Of a stretch of DNA of 64,000 bases, positions 10,073 through 19,187 are shown in pieces. Position 1 is the stretch's first letter, and every line of letters begins with the position of its first letter. The translations under genes were made by a program, and so were the position numbers. This DNA is from Minisyncoccia bacterium (lineage in GTDB: Bacteria > Patescibacteriota > Minisyncoccia > Phycocordibacterales > Phycocordibacteraceae), in contig JBAQPM010000002.1 of assembly GCA_049305795.1 (NCBI GenBank), forward strand, positions 20,316 through 84,315. The letters run 5' to 3'. The notes beneath the pieces are model-generated. The model saw only the letters and a list, made by a program, of their open reading frames with translations. It searched no databases and was not told where the DNA came from.

Positions 10073-10411
10073 ATGTCTCGATCGCTTAAGAAAGGTCCCT
10101 ATGTGGACGTAAAGTTGATGAAGAAAGTCCGCGGCAAAAAGCCGTCGGAGGCTTCTGCTATTAAGACATGGGCTCGTGCAAGCCAAATTTCTCCAGAAAT
10201 GGTCGGGTTCACTTTTTCTGTCCACAACGGCAAGGCATTTATTGACGTTCTCGTATCGGAGGAAATGGTAGGGCACCGCCTTGGTGAGTTTTCTCCTACC
10301 AAGAAATTCATCCGTCACGGAGGCAAGATGCAGAAAGAGCTTGAAACAAAGCGACAGGAAACTGAGGTTGCTGCTGCAAAGGCCGCTAAAGAGCCCGCAA
10401 AGAAGAAATAA
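10073..10411 (+). CDS. rpsS: 30S ribosomal protein S19 with basic C-terminal extension
   Basis: [12 protein letters not shown]...[35 protein letters not shown]. Confidence 0.9.
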   Translation: MSRSLKKGPYVDVKLMKKVRGKKPSEASAIKTWARASQISPEMVGFTFSVHNGKAFIDVLVSEEMVGHRLGEFSPTKKFIRHGGKMQKELETKRQETEVAAAKAAKEPAKKK

Positions 10412-10414
10412 GCC

Positions 10415-10735
10415 ATGAAAGCTGAACTTCGTAACTACAATCAATCTCCACGCAAGGTTCGCCTTGTGACTGAGCTCGTGAAAGGGAAGAAAATTTCCGA
10501 GGCGCTTGCCGCGCTCGCCTTTCTTCCAAAGCGTGCTTCGCTTCCGATAAAGAAGCTTCTTGAAAGCGCTATCGCAAATGCGAAAAATAAAGGTGAAGAC
10601 ACTGAAAAGCTTCGTGTTGCGAATATCACCGTTGATCTTGACGGCATGACCGTTCGCCACATGCCTCGCGCCATGGGACGGGCAGCGCCTATCAGACGCA
10701 AGAAGAGTCGTGTGCTCGTAACACTCGCTTCCTAA
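10415..10735 (+). CDS. rplV: 50S ribosomal protein L22
   Basis: SPRKVRLVTELVKGKKISEALAALAF...RAMGRAAPIRRKKSRVLVTL. Confidence 0.9.
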   Translation: MKAELRNYNQSPRKVRLVTELVKGKKISEALAALAFLPKRASLPIKKLLESAIANAKNKGEDTEKLRVANITVDLDGMTVRHMPRAMGRAAPIRRKKSRVLVTLAS

Positions 10736-10742
10736 CTCATTT

Positions 10743-11459
10743 ATGACACACACGGTACATCCTTACGCACACCGACTTGGTATCATTCGCGACTGGCGAA
10801 GCCGTTGGTTCGCGCTCGATAAGAAACAATTCCGCGACAATCTTGCCGTCGATGAAGCTGTTCGCGCTTTCCTTTCAAAGCGTCTTCGCGGCATGTACGT
10901 GAGTCAGATTGAAATTGAACGCTCCGCAAATGAGCTTCGAGTTATCGTACACACCGCGCGTCCGGGCCTTGTTATTGGTCGTTCAGGGGAAAATGCCACC
11001 AAACTTCGCAAAGAACTCACCGATGCTATTCGAAAGATTTCTCCGAAACACGGCCGCACAGTCAAACTCGATATCATGGAAATCCGTCAGCCGGAGACCG
11101 ACGCAACAGTAGTTGCATTCATGGTTGCTGAAGGTCTTGAAAAACGTCTTCCATTCCGTCGTGTTTTGAAACAAACCATTGAGAAGGTGATGGCGGTGCG
11201 CGAAGTGCTCGGTGCCCGCATTGTTATTTCAGGTCGTCTTGGAGGTGCAGACATGTCACGTACGGAACAGATCAAAAAGGGCCGCATTCCGCTTCAAACT
11301 TTCCGTGCAAACATTGATTTTGCAAACGAACGCGCACAGCTTCCCTATGGCACGATCGGCATCAAGGTATGGATCTACCAGGGTAACCAGCATGCTGAAC
11401 GTCGTGCTACTGCCGTTGTAGAGGCGCCGCGCCCTGTTCGCCAGACACCTGCCGCATAA
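10743..11459 (+). CDS. rpsC: 30S ribosomal protein S3
   Basis: HPYAHRLGIIRDWRSRWF, KH domain, GRIPLQTFRANIDF. Confidence 0.95.
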   Translation: MTHTVHPYAHRLGIIRDWRSRWFALDKKQFRDNLAVDEAVRAFLSKRLRGMYVSQIEIERSANELRVIVHTARPGLVIGRSGENATKLRKELTDAIRKISPKHGRTVKLDIMEIRQPETDATVVAFMVAEGLEKRLPFRRVLKQTIEKVMAVREVLGARIVISGRLGGADMSRTEQIKKGRIPLQTFRANIDFANERAQLPYGTIGIKVWIYQGNQHAERRATAVVEAPRPVRQTPAA

Positions 11460-11466
11460 ACCTGCT

Positions 11467-11889
11467 ATGTTGTTCCCAAAAAAAGTAAAACATCGAAAAT
11501 GGCAGACTGGCCGCAAGAGTCCGGAGCGTCTTGCGCGTCCTGATACTCGCGGAACGAAAGTTTCGTTTGGTTCTTTTGCGCTTAAAGCAGTCACAGCATC
11601 TCGCCTCACCTCAAATCAGATCGAGTCTGCACGTAAAGTCATTGCTCGTTCAACGGGTAAGGGAGGCAAAATGTGGATTCGCGTTTTCCCTGATCGTCCC
11701 GTTACCGCAAAGCCAGCAGAAGTAGGCATGGGTTCGGGGAAGGGTGACCCAAAGGGTTTTGTATTTGAAGTACGTCCGGGCCGTGTGTTGTTTGAGCTTG
11801 ATGGTGTTGCCGAAACGACAGCCCGCGCAGCTCTTCGTCAGGCAGGCATGAAACTTCCTATGAGAACAACGGTCGTCGCGCGCGCATAA
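11467..11889 (+). CDS. rplP: 50S ribosomal protein L16
   Basis: MLFPKKVKHRKWQTGR...KMWIRVFPDRPVTAKPAEVGMGSGKG. Confidence 0.95.
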   Translation: MLFPKKVKHRKWQTGRKSPERLARPDTRGTKVSFGSFALKAVTASRLTSNQIESARKVIARSTGKGGKMWIRVFPDRPVTAKPAEVGMGSGKGDPKGFVFEVRPGRVLFELDGVAETTARAALRQAGMKLPMRTTVVARA

Positions 11890-11896
11890 TCCGAGT

Positions 11897-12115
11897 ATGA
11901 ACAAACACATGAAAGACATTAGCAAGAAAGATGCGGCCGAGCTCGTGAAGATGCTCGCAGAAAAGCGTGAGGAATTGCGCGCACTTCGATTTTCTGCCGC
12001 TGGTGCCCGCGCTCAAAACCCGAACGCAGCTCGAAATACTCGTAAAGATATTGCACGCACGTTAACCGCGCTTGGCGCACAAGGAGCGGTAAAAGCTTCG
12101 GCAAAAGACGCATAA
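11897..12115 (+). CDS. rpmC: 50S ribosomal protein L29
   Basis: Operon position; KKDAAELVKMLAEKREELRALRF helical L29-like. Confidence 0.85.
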   Translation: MNKHMKDISKKDAAELVKMLAEKREELRALRFSAAGARAQNPNAARNTRKDIARTLTALGAQGAVKASAKDA

Positions 12116-12122
12116 TTTTCGT

Positions 12123-12368
12123 ATGGAAACTACTACTCTAAAACCACAGACATTCACGGGCGTCGTCGTAAAGACGGCTATGAAAGACACGGCAACCGTG
12201 GCAGTGAATCGCTACGTGAAGCACCCAAAATACAAAAAGTATCAGACGCGCACTAAGAAGTTTTTGGTGCACGATGCTGGTAATACGGCAAAGGTGGGGG
12301 ACAAGGTCACCATTGTTGCGTGTCGTCCTATTTCAAAGACCAAGCGTTTCAAGCTTCTTGCCGCATAA
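12123..12368 (+). CDS. rpsQ: 30S ribosomal protein S17
   Basis: GVVVKTAMKDTATVAVNRYVKHPKYKKY...KVGDKVTIVACRPISKTKRF. Confidence 0.9.
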   Translation: METTTLKPQTFTGVVVKTAMKDTATVAVNRYVKHPKYKKYQTRTKKFLVHDAGNTAKVGDKVTIVACRPISKTKRFKLLAA

Positions 12369-12374
12369 ACTCCT

Positions 12375-12752
12375 ATGTTACAAACCCAAACCATCGTTAC
12401 GGTCGCAGATAACTCAGGCGCAAAAGTAGGCCGCATCTTCAAGGTGCTTGGTGGCAGTAAGCGCCGCTATGCAGGGATTGGAGACGTCGTTGTTCTCTCT
12501 GTGCAGACTGCAGAGCCTCGAAAACTCGTAAAGAAAAAGGATATTTATAAGGCCGTCGTTGTTCGCTTGGTGAAACCATTTCGTCGCAAGGACGGATCCT
12601 ATGTTTCTTTCGACGACAACGCTGTCGTTCTCATTGAAAAGCAGGGCAAGGAAATGGGTCCAAAAGGTAACCGTGTGTTTGGGCCAGTGCCTCGCGAGCT
12701 CACCGAAAAAGGATGGGCGAATATCGCCGGTATCGCGCCCGAGATCGTCTAA
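12375..12752 (+). CDS. rplN: 50S ribosomal protein L14
   Basis: MLQTQTIVTVADNSGAK...GDVVVLSV canonical L14. Confidence 0.95.
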   Translation: MLQTQTIVTVADNSGAKVGRIFKVLGGSKRRYAGIGDVVVLSVQTAEPRKLVKKKDIYKAVVVRLVKPFRRKDGSYVSFDDNAVVLIEKQGKEMGPKGNRVFGPVPRELTEKGWANIAGIAPEIV

Positions 12753-12761
12753 TTTTTCTAT

Positions 12762-13076
12762 ATGGCAAAGATGAAACTCAAAAAAGGTGATCAGGTGGTA
12801 GTCGTGTCTGGAAAAGACAAGGGAAAGACTGGCGCCATCGTTCGCGTTTTCCCACAAGAAAACAAACTCATTGTTGAGGGTGTTGCTCTTGCCAAACGCC
12901 ACCTTCGCAAGCAGCGTGGACAGTCAGGCCGCATTATCGAGAAATCTCTTCCAGTGAATGCATCGAATGTGATGCTTCTTGATCCGAAAGAAAAGAAGCC
13001 GACCCGTGTCATACGCAAAGTTGAAGAAGGCAAACGTGTCCGTGTTGCCCGCAAAAGCGGCAGTGTGCTCGCATAA
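12762..13076 (+). CDS. rplX: 50S ribosomal protein L24
   Basis: KLKKGDQVVVVSGKDKGKTGAIVRVFPQENKLIVEGV KOW motif. Confidence 0.9.
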   Translation: MAKMKLKKGDQVVVVSGKDKGKTGAIVRVFPQENKLIVEGVALAKRHLRKQRGQSGRIIEKSLPVNASNVMLLDPKEKKPTRVIRKVEEGKRVRVARKSGSVLA

Positions 13077-13087
13077 CCTATATTCCT

Positions 13088-13624
13088 ATGATGCTTACTA
13101 AAGAGCGACAAAAAGCAGCCTTTGAAACCCTTTCGGAAGAAATGGGCTACAAAAACCGCATGTCCGCACCTCGTATTTTGAAGGTGATCGTTTCTTCTGG
13201 TGTTGGTAAAAAGCGCGACAAAAAAACGCTTGAACTTATTGAGAACCGTCTTGCAAAAATTACCGGACAAAAGCCATCGGCGCGGCCTGCAAAAAACTCT
13301 GTTGCCTCTTTCAAGGTTCGCGAAGGAGATGTGGTTGGATACCAGGTAACTCTCCACGGTCCTCGGATGTACGATTTTATGGATAAGCTTATTCACGTTG
13401 CCCTCCCTCGTACGCGTGACTTCCGCGGTATTTCACCAACAGCCGTTGATGAAATGGGCAACCTCACGGTTGGTATTCGTGAACACACTATTTTCCCTGA
13501 AACCTCCGACGAAGACGTAAAAGACGTGTTCGGACTTGCCGTTACTATCGTAACGACTGCAAAGTCCAAAGAGGAGGCTACGGCCTTCTTTAAGTATCTA
13601 AGCGTCCCTCTTAAGGCCAAATAG
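13088..13624 (+). CDS. rplE: 50S ribosomal protein L5
   Basis: ILKVIVSSGVGK...RPAKNSVASFKVREGDVVGYQVTLHGPRMYDFMDKLI. Confidence 0.95.
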   Translation: MMLTKERQKAAFETLSEEMGYKNRMSAPRILKVIVSSGVGKKRDKKTLELIENRLAKITGQKPSARPAKNSVASFKVREGDVVGYQVTLHGPRMYDFMDKLIHVALPRTRDFRGISPTAVDEMGNLTVGIREHTIFPETSDEDVKDVFGLAVTIVTTAKSKEEATAFFKYLSVPLKAK

Positions 13625-13644
13625 CCTCTAACAGAGGCTTTTGG

Positions 13645-13680
13645 TAAGCAAATCCCCGCCACGGCGGGGATTTGCTTTTA
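13645..13680 (+). terminator. Rho-independent terminator after rplE
   Basis: GCAAATCCCCGCC-ACG-GCGGGGATTTGC plus TTTTA. Confidence 0.55.
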
Positions 13681-13701
13681 CTCTAAAACAAAGGCCTAGA
13701 A

Positions 13702-13757
13702 CCCATTTCAAAACTTTAAACGGAGTCACACGGCGGCGGAATAGGTTTTGAAATGGG
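13702..13757 (+). promoter_or_regulatory. 13-bp inverted repeat CCCATTTCAAAAC ... GTTTTGAAATGGG (30-nt spacer) in the rpsN leader
   Basis: Perfect arms read directly; candidate autoregulatory or operator structure. Confidence 0.3.
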
Positions 13758-13796
13758 CTTTAGACCCGCAGAGTCTGGAGTCTCTGGACCATATGT

Positions 13797-13825
13797 TTGA
13801 CGTGGTAAAACCTAGGTGATACATT
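13797..13825 (+). promoter_or_regulatory. Candidate promoter TTGACG-17-TACATT upstream of rpsN
   Basis: Hexamers and spacing read directly. Confidence 0.35.
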
Positions 13826-13855
13826 GTGCCCACGCTCCTCGGAGCTATTTTTCGT

Positions 13856-14125
13856 ATGGCTAAATCATCCCAGCTCGCTCGCAACAACAAACGCATCAAG
13901 CTTGTTGCCAAGTACGCTACAAAGCGTGCGGCTCTTAAGGCTGCCGGTGACTCCGAAGGCCTACAAAAGCTCCCTCGCAACTCCTCTCCGGTTCGTGTAA
14001 AGAATCGCTGCGCGGTCTCTGGTCGTTCCCGCGGCTACCTTCGTGCCTTTGGTCTTTCTCGCATTCAATTTCGCGAGCTTGCCCGCGACGGAAAGATTCC
14101 GGGTGTAAAAAAAGCCTCTTGGTAA
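13856..14125 (+). CDS. rpsN: 30S ribosomal protein S14 (long, non-zinc type)
   Basis: ATG at 13856: [28 protein letters not shown] ... [21 protein letters not shown]. Confidence 0.9.
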   Translation: MAKSSQLARNNKRIKLVAKYATKRAALKAAGDSEGLQKLPRNSSPVRVKNRCAVSGRSRGYLRAFGLSRIQFRELARDGKIPGVKKASW

Positions 14126-14132
14126 ATATCCT

Positions 14133-14525
14133 ATGATTACTGACCGCGTTGGTGATTTTATTATCCGCCTCAAGAATGCAGGGGCAATTCAAAAGGAGAC
14201 CGTCTCCCTCCCTTTTTCAAAGCATCTTGCCCAAATTGCCATGAAGCTTATGGCGCTCGGCTTTGTTGCGTCCGTTGAGACAAAAGATAAGCCAACTAAA
14301 ACACTTGTCGTGACCCTTGCTTACGATGCACAGGGCAACCCTAAAATTCACGGCGTAAAGCGCACCAGCAAACCAGGTCGACGTCTCTATGTTGCTGCAC
14401 GCGAAGCGCATCAGGTAAAAAACAGTGAAGGTGCTCGCATTATTTCGACACCAAAAGGCATTCTTTCTGATGCTGAAGCGCGAAAAGTTCGTGTTGGCGG
14501 AGAAGATCTCTTCCAAATCTGGTAA
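14133..14525 (+). CDS. rpsH: 30S ribosomal protein S8
   Basis: MITDRVGDFIIRLKNAG...ISTPKGILSD canonical S8. Confidence 0.95.
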   Translation: MITDRVGDFIIRLKNAGAIQKETVSLPFSKHLAQIAMKLMALGFVASVETKDKPTKTLVVTLAYDAQGNPKIHGVKRTSKPGRRLYVAAREAHQVKNSEGARIISTPKGILSDAEARKVRVGGEDLFQIW

Positions 14526-14530
14526 ATGCT

Positions 14531-15064
14531 ATGAGTCGTCTTGCGAAAAAACCAATTGTGATACCTGCAAAGGTCGAGGTTTCAACCTCGGACATGCAAC
14601 TTTCGATAAAGGGCACAAAGGCCACTCTTTCAAAATCCATACACCCTTCAGTTTCTATTGCTGTTACGCCAGAAGGAGTTATGGTGACTCCAAAAAATGC
14701 GAGCCGCCTTGCACGAGCTCTCACGGGAACCTATGCTGCCCACGTGCGCAGCATGATCAAGGGTGTTGAGACTCCCTTCAAAAAAGTGCTGGTGCTCGAA
14801 GGAGTCGGTTACCGCGTTGAACTTAAAGGGAAAGATGTAGTCTTTACCGTCGGTTTCTCGCACACGGTGCCTCTTGAGATTCCTGAAGGATTGACGGTAA
14901 CTTTGGAAAAGAACGTTATTTCAGTTGAGGGCTGCGACAAAGAAAAGGTCGGTCAATTTGCGGCAAACATTCGCGCCGTAAAGCCTCCGGAACCATATCT
15001 TGGTAAAGGCATTCGCTACCAAAACGAGGTCATTCGCCGTAAGCAGGGCAAGAAAGCTGTCTAA
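14531..15064 (+). CDS. rplF: 50S ribosomal protein L6
   Basis: [17 protein letters not shown]... two L6 repeats. Confidence 0.95.
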   Translation: MSRLAKKPIVIPAKVEVSTSDMQLSIKGTKATLSKSIHPSVSIAVTPEGVMVTPKNASRLARALTGTYAAHVRSMIKGVETPFKKVLVLEGVGYRVELKGKDVVFTVGFSHTVPLEIPEGLTVTLEKNVISVEGCDKEKVGQFAANIRAVKPPEPYLGKGIRYQNEVIRRKQGKKAV

Positions 15065-15071
15065 TATTGTT

Positions 15072-15422
15072 ATGAACAAGTCTCTTACTACAAAATCAGA
15101 ACTTCGAACGCGTCGTCATGCGCGCGTTCGTTCTCGTATTTCAGGCACCGAAACATGCCCACGTCTTGCGGTATTCAAATCAAATCGTTTTGTTTCGGCA
15201 CAGGTTATTGACGACACCAAAGGCACGACACTTGCCTCTGCCCACGGTCGTGAATTCAAAGGCACGATGACCGTGCAAGCTGCGGCAGTTGGTCGTGAGA
15301 TTGCAAAACGTGCAAAAGAAAAGGGTATTTCAAAAATCGTTTTTGATCGCGGCGGGTATGCGTATACTTCACAGATAAAGGCACTTGCAGATGCTGCTCG
15401 CGAAGGCGGACTCACTTTTTAA
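15072..15422 (+). CDS. rplR: 50S ribosomal protein L18
   Basis: ATG at 15072 ([26 protein letters not shown]...[19 protein letters not shown]); the longer listed ORF overlaps rplF. Confidence 0.9.
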   Translation: MNKSLTTKSELRTRRHARVRSRISGTETCPRLAVFKSNRFVSAQVIDDTKGTTLASAHGREFKGTMTVQAAAVGREIAKRAKEKGISKIVFDRGGYAYTSQIKALADAAREGGLTF

Positions 15423-15424
15423 TT

Positions 15425-16033
15425 ATGACCTCTCCTACGACCATGACTGACACGCAAACCACGCTACCCGTAGAGGCTTCTGTAGAGACCGTCCCTGTTG
15501 AAACCTCAAAGCCTGCGGAAGGGCAGGATTCGCTACGCGGACGCGCTCCAGGAGGCCGTGAGAGGCGAGGACGGGGCCGTGAGCGTGCACCACGCGAGCG
15601 AAGCGAGTTTGACTCGGTTACCATCGACGTGCGCCGTGTGGCCCGTGTTATGGCTGGAGGCCGTCGCTTCAGCTTCAGCGTCGCTATCGTCATTGGAGAC
15701 AAAAAGGGCCGCGTCGGGGTGGGGCTTGGTAAAGGTGCAGACACTGCACTTGCCATCGAAAAGGCAACACGTGATGCGCGCAAGCACCTCATTACCGTTC
15801 TTCGCACCGAGTCAAACTCCATTCCCCACGAAGTACAGGCAAAGTATGCTTCATCGGTCGTCGAGATCATGCCATCTCCAGGTCGTGGAGTTGTGGCGGG
15901 TTCTGCGATGCGCACGGTTCTTGAACTTGCGGGTGTTGCCGATGTGGTCACAAAGATTCATTCTCGAACGAAAAATAAACTCACCATTGCCCGCGGCACC
16001 GTTGCCGCGCTCAAAAAGCTTCACGCAAAATAA
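15425..16033 (+). CDS. rpsE: 30S ribosomal protein S5 with about 50-aa low-complexity N-terminal extension
   Basis: VRRVARVMAGGRRFSFSVAIVIGDKKGRVGVGLGKGADTALAIEKA core S5. Confidence 0.95.
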   Translation: MTSPTTMTDTQTTLPVEASVETVPVETSKPAEGQDSLRGRAPGGRERRGRGRERAPRERSEFDSVTIDVRRVARVMAGGRRFSFSVAIVIGDKKGRVGVGLGKGADTALAIEKATRDARKHLITVLRTESNSIPHEVQAKYASSVVEIMPSPGRGVVAGSAMRTVLELAGVADVVTKIHSRTKNKLTIARGTVAALKKLHAK

Positions 16034-16039
16034 ATTTTT

Positions 16040-16486
16040 ATGCAGCTCAACACTCTCAAAGCAAGATCAAAGCGCGTCACGAGCAATCGGGTCGGACGAG
16101 GCGGCAAACGCGGTAAAACTTCCGGTCACGGCGGGAAGGGTCAGACAGCGCGCGCCGGACACAAGATTCGTCCGCAAATGCGCGATATCATCAAGAAGCT
16201 TCCAAAGCGTCGTGGTCACGGAAAGAACCGTAGTCGCACAGTGCGCACTAAGCGTGTTGAATACATGCCGGTAAATCTTTCAACACTTGAGTCGTTCTTT
16301 GCTGCTGGAGATGTGGTTAACCCACAGACCCTTATACGCAAAGGTATCGTTACCAGAGTGACTGCGCGTGCACAAGTGAAAATTCTTGGCACTGGGCAGC
16401 TCACGAAAGGGCTTTCTGTTTCTGACTGTGCCGTTTCTGCTTCTGCAAAGGTAGCCATAGAAAAGGCTGGTGGCACGGTTCTCTAA
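16040..16486 (+). CDS. rplO: 50S ribosomal protein L15
   Basis: RVGRGGKRGKTSGHGGKGQTARAGH motif. Starts 6 nt after rpsE, so no L30 gene lies between S5 and L15. Confidence 0.9.
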   Translation: MQLNTLKARSKRVTSNRVGRGGKRGKTSGHGGKGQTARAGHKIRPQMRDIIKKLPKRRGHGKNRSRTVRTKRVEYMPVNLSTLESFFAAGDVVNPQTLIRKGIVTRVTARAQVKILGTGQLTKGLSVSDCAVSASAKVAIEKAGGTVL

Positions 16487-16491
16487 AGGCC

Positions 16492-17766
16492 ATGCTGAGC
16501 GCTTTCTTTCATAAATTCAAACTTGCTCTCACTGATCCGGTTTTGCGTACCAGGATTCTTTTTGTCATTGGAGCTCTCGCGGTGTTTCGTTTTCTTGCAG
16601 CAATTCCTATTCCGGGAGTTGACCGTCTCGCACTTGAACAATTTTTTCATAACAACCAGTTTCTTGGACTTTTAAACGTATTTTCGGGAGGAGGTTTTTC
16701 GCACCTTTCGCTCGTGATGCTTGGTGTTGCTCCCTATATCACCTCGTCGATCATCATGCAGCTTGGCACAATCATTTTCCCAAAGATAAAGCAGATGTAT
16801 ACCGAGGAAGGAGAGGCGGGACGGGCGAAATTTGTCGAGTGGAGCCGTATTCTTAGTATTCCTATTGCGGTTATTCAAGCAGTGGCGTTTCTTTCCCTCC
16901 TACAGAGCCAAGGAATTCTCGGAAATCTTTCAAGCGTCGCCTTTGCGTCAAACATTCTGCTTGTTGCGGCGGGTTCGATGTTGCTCATGTGGATTGGAGA
17001 ACTCATTACTGAATTTGGTATCGGAAATGGCGTTTCGATCATCATCTTTGCAGGTATTGCTGCAGGGCTTCCTTCCGGCATAGCCCAAGCTCTCTTCAGT
17101 GCTTCTGCGGCAAATATCCCGGCCTACATCGGCTTTGCATTGCTTGCCGTGTTTGTCATTTACGCCGTGGTCATTGTTTCAGAAGCAGAACGTTCAATTC
17201 CAATCGCGTATGCACGGCAAGTGCGTGGTGCCGCCAATACTTCGGGCGCAGCAACCTATCTACCTATCCGTCTCCTTCAGACAGGTGTTATTCCAATCAT
17301 CTTTGCGCTTTCATTGCTTCTTTTCCCCCAGATGATTCTGGCAGCGCTTTCAGCAGCGCAAGTGCCAGCAGCCGCAGCTATTTCCGCATGGTATGCAAGT
17401 TTTGCGGCGAATCCTTTTGCCTATGGAGCGGCCTATTTCTTCCTCGTCGTTATGTTCACGTATTTCTATACTTCCATTACCTTTGAACCAAAGCGTGTTG
17501 CAGACAATCTTCAAAAATCAGGTGCCTTTGTGCCTGGCGTACGTCCTGGTCCTGAAACGGAACGCTACATTGGAAACGTTGTTTCTCGCATAACACTCCC
17601 TGGCGCACTCTTCTTAGGTTTTGTAGCTATTGTGCCTTTCATCATTCAGGGTCTTACGGGCATTACGGCTATTCTTGTGGGTGGTACGGCACTCCTTATC
17701 GCCGTCCAGGTTATTCTCGATCTCGTGCGTAAAATTGATGCACAGGTTTCTCTGCGAGAATATTGA
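16492..17766 (+). CDS. secY: Preprotein translocase subunit SecY
   Basis: 10-TM profile; IFVIGALAVFRFLAAIPIPGVD and GIGNGVSIIIFAGI motifs. Confidence 0.95.
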   Translation: MLSAFFHKFKLALTDPVLRTRILFVIGALAVFRFLAAIPIPGVDRLALEQFFHNNQFLGLLNVFSGGGFSHLSLVMLGVAPYITSSIIMQLGTIIFPKIKQMYTEEGEAGRAKFVEWSRILSIPIAVIQAVAFLSLLQSQGILGNLSSVAFASNILLVAAGSMLLMWIGELITEFGIGNGVSIIIFAGIAAGLPSGIAQALFSASAANIPAYIGFALLAVFVIYAVVIVSEAERSIPIAYARQVRGAANTSGAATYLPIRLLQTGVIPIIFALSLLLFPQMILAALSAAQVPAAAAISAWYASFAANPFAYGAAYFFLVVMFTYFYTSITFEPKRVADNLQKSGAFVPGVRPGPETERYIGNVVSRITLPGALFLGFVAIVPFIIQGLTGITAILVGGTALLIAVQVILDLVRKIDAQVSLREY

Positions 17767-17778
17767 TAGAATGGCTCT

Positions 17779-18345
17779 ATGGAAGTCCGTACAATACTTT
17801 TCATAGGCAAACCGGGCAGTGGGAAAGGAACACAAGCAAAGTTACTTTCAGAGGTCACGGGGTCGCCTATCATGTCTTCGGGAGATGCTTTTCGTGCTAT
17901 CGCTAAAGAAGACAGCATGGTCGGAAGAAGGGTACACGAGGAATTAAGTCAGGGTCTTCTCATGCCTGAGTGGTTTGCTATGTATCTCTTCCAGAAATCC
18001 GTCTTCTCTCTCTCCGAAACGTCAAGCGTGTTGTTTGATGGATTTGGTCGCAAACTCCCAGAAGCAAAAATGGTCGTCGATGTCCTTTCGTGGCTTGGCC
18101 GGAAGCTCGAAGTGGTTCACATTCGTGTTTCAGATGAGCATATTTTAAACCGGATTGAAAAGCGCAAAGGCATTGAAGGACGTGCTGATGACCAAAATAT
18201 CGTAAAGCGCCTCGAAGAATATCGTGCATACACTGAACCTTCCATTGAATTTTTCAGATCGGCAACTTCCTTTGTCGAAGTTGATGGTGAGCCCGACATT
18301 GAAACGATACACAAAGACATCGTCTCCAAGCTACATGTAGCATGA
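17779..18345 (+). CDS. adk: Adenylate kinase
   Basis: ILFIGKPGSGKGTQAKLL P-loop; spc operon position. Confidence 0.9.
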   Translation: MEVRTILFIGKPGSGKGTQAKLLSEVTGSPIMSSGDAFRAIAKEDSMVGRRVHEELSQGLLMPEWFAMYLFQKSVFSLSETSSVLFDGFGRKLPEAKMVVDVLSWLGRKLEVVHIRVSDEHILNRIEKRKGIEGRADDQNIVKRLEEYRAYTEPSIEFFRSATSFVEVDGEPDIETIHKDIVSKLHVA

Positions 18346-19118
18346 TTATAAAAACCCAAGAAGAACAAGCGTTTTTGATTGAAGCAGGGAAGCGGTTGGC
18401 AGCGGTGCTTGAAGAGGTTGCAAAGGTTGTCGTGCCAGGCGTGTCGACCACAGAGCTTGAAACACTTGCCGAGCGTTTAATACGTGAGGGTGGAGACCTT
18501 CCAGCCTTTAAAGGCTACACCCCTGAGGGAGCATCTCGACCCTATCCTGCAACGCTCTGTGTTTCCATAAACGATGAAGTGGTGCATGGCATACCAAATG
18601 AAAATCCGAAAACCCTAAAAGAGGGCGACATCGTGAGTCTTGATCTTGGACTTACGCATAACGGCATTATTGTTGATTCGGCTGTTACGGTGCCCGTGGG
18701 AACCGTAGATAAGAAAATCTATATACTGCTCGATGCTACACGAAATGCTCTTGAAGAAGGCATTAAAGCAGCGCGCCCAGGAAATCGCATCGGTGACATT
18801 TCTGCCGCTATTGAGGCTTCAATGGAAGGTACGAGCTTTTCGCTTGTTGCGGCGCTTGGAGGACACGGCGTTGGCCGTCACGTGCATGAAGAGCCTTTCG
18901 TACCAAACGTAGGCCATGCAGGAACAGGCGAGGAAATCGTTCCCGGCATGGTTCTTGCTCTTGAGCCCATCGCAAACGAAGGCAAGGCAAGCGTGATTCT
19001 TGCGCCTGACGGCTACACCTATCGCACCAAGGATGGCTCAAAAAGTGCTCATTTTGAGCACACCATTTTGATTGAGGAGAATGAGACGATTGTTGTGACG
19101 CGCCGCTTGGGTGAGTAG
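18342..19118 (+). CDS. map: Methionine aminopeptidase type I
   Basis: Overlaps adk by 4 nt; pita-bread motifs DIVSLDLG, HGIP, EPI. Confidence 0.9.
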   Translation: MIIKTQEEQAFLIEAGKRLAAVLEEVAKVVVPGVSTTELETLAERLIREGGDLPAFKGYTPEGASRPYPATLCVSINDEVVHGIPNENPKTLKEGDIVSLDLGLTHNGIIVDSAVTVPVGTVDKKIYILLDATRNALEEGIKAARPGNRIGDISAAIEASMEGTSFSLVAALGGHGVGRHVHEEPFVPNVGHAGTGEEIVPGMVLALEPIANEGKASVILAPDGYTYRTKDGSKSAHFEHTILIEENETIVVTRRLGE

Positions 19119-19187
19119 CCTGTTTCGTCTCATTTCGGTATACTGCATTTATTAGACGCCTCTGGCGATTTTTTATATATCACTTTC

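Noticed and set aside
12791-13396. 201-aa minus-strand ORF
   Set aside because: Antisense across rplX/rplE; no supporting features.
15498-16274. 258-aa plus-strand ORF
   Set aside because: Alternative frame overlapping rpsE and rplO, whose own frames carry the conserved ribosomal motifs.
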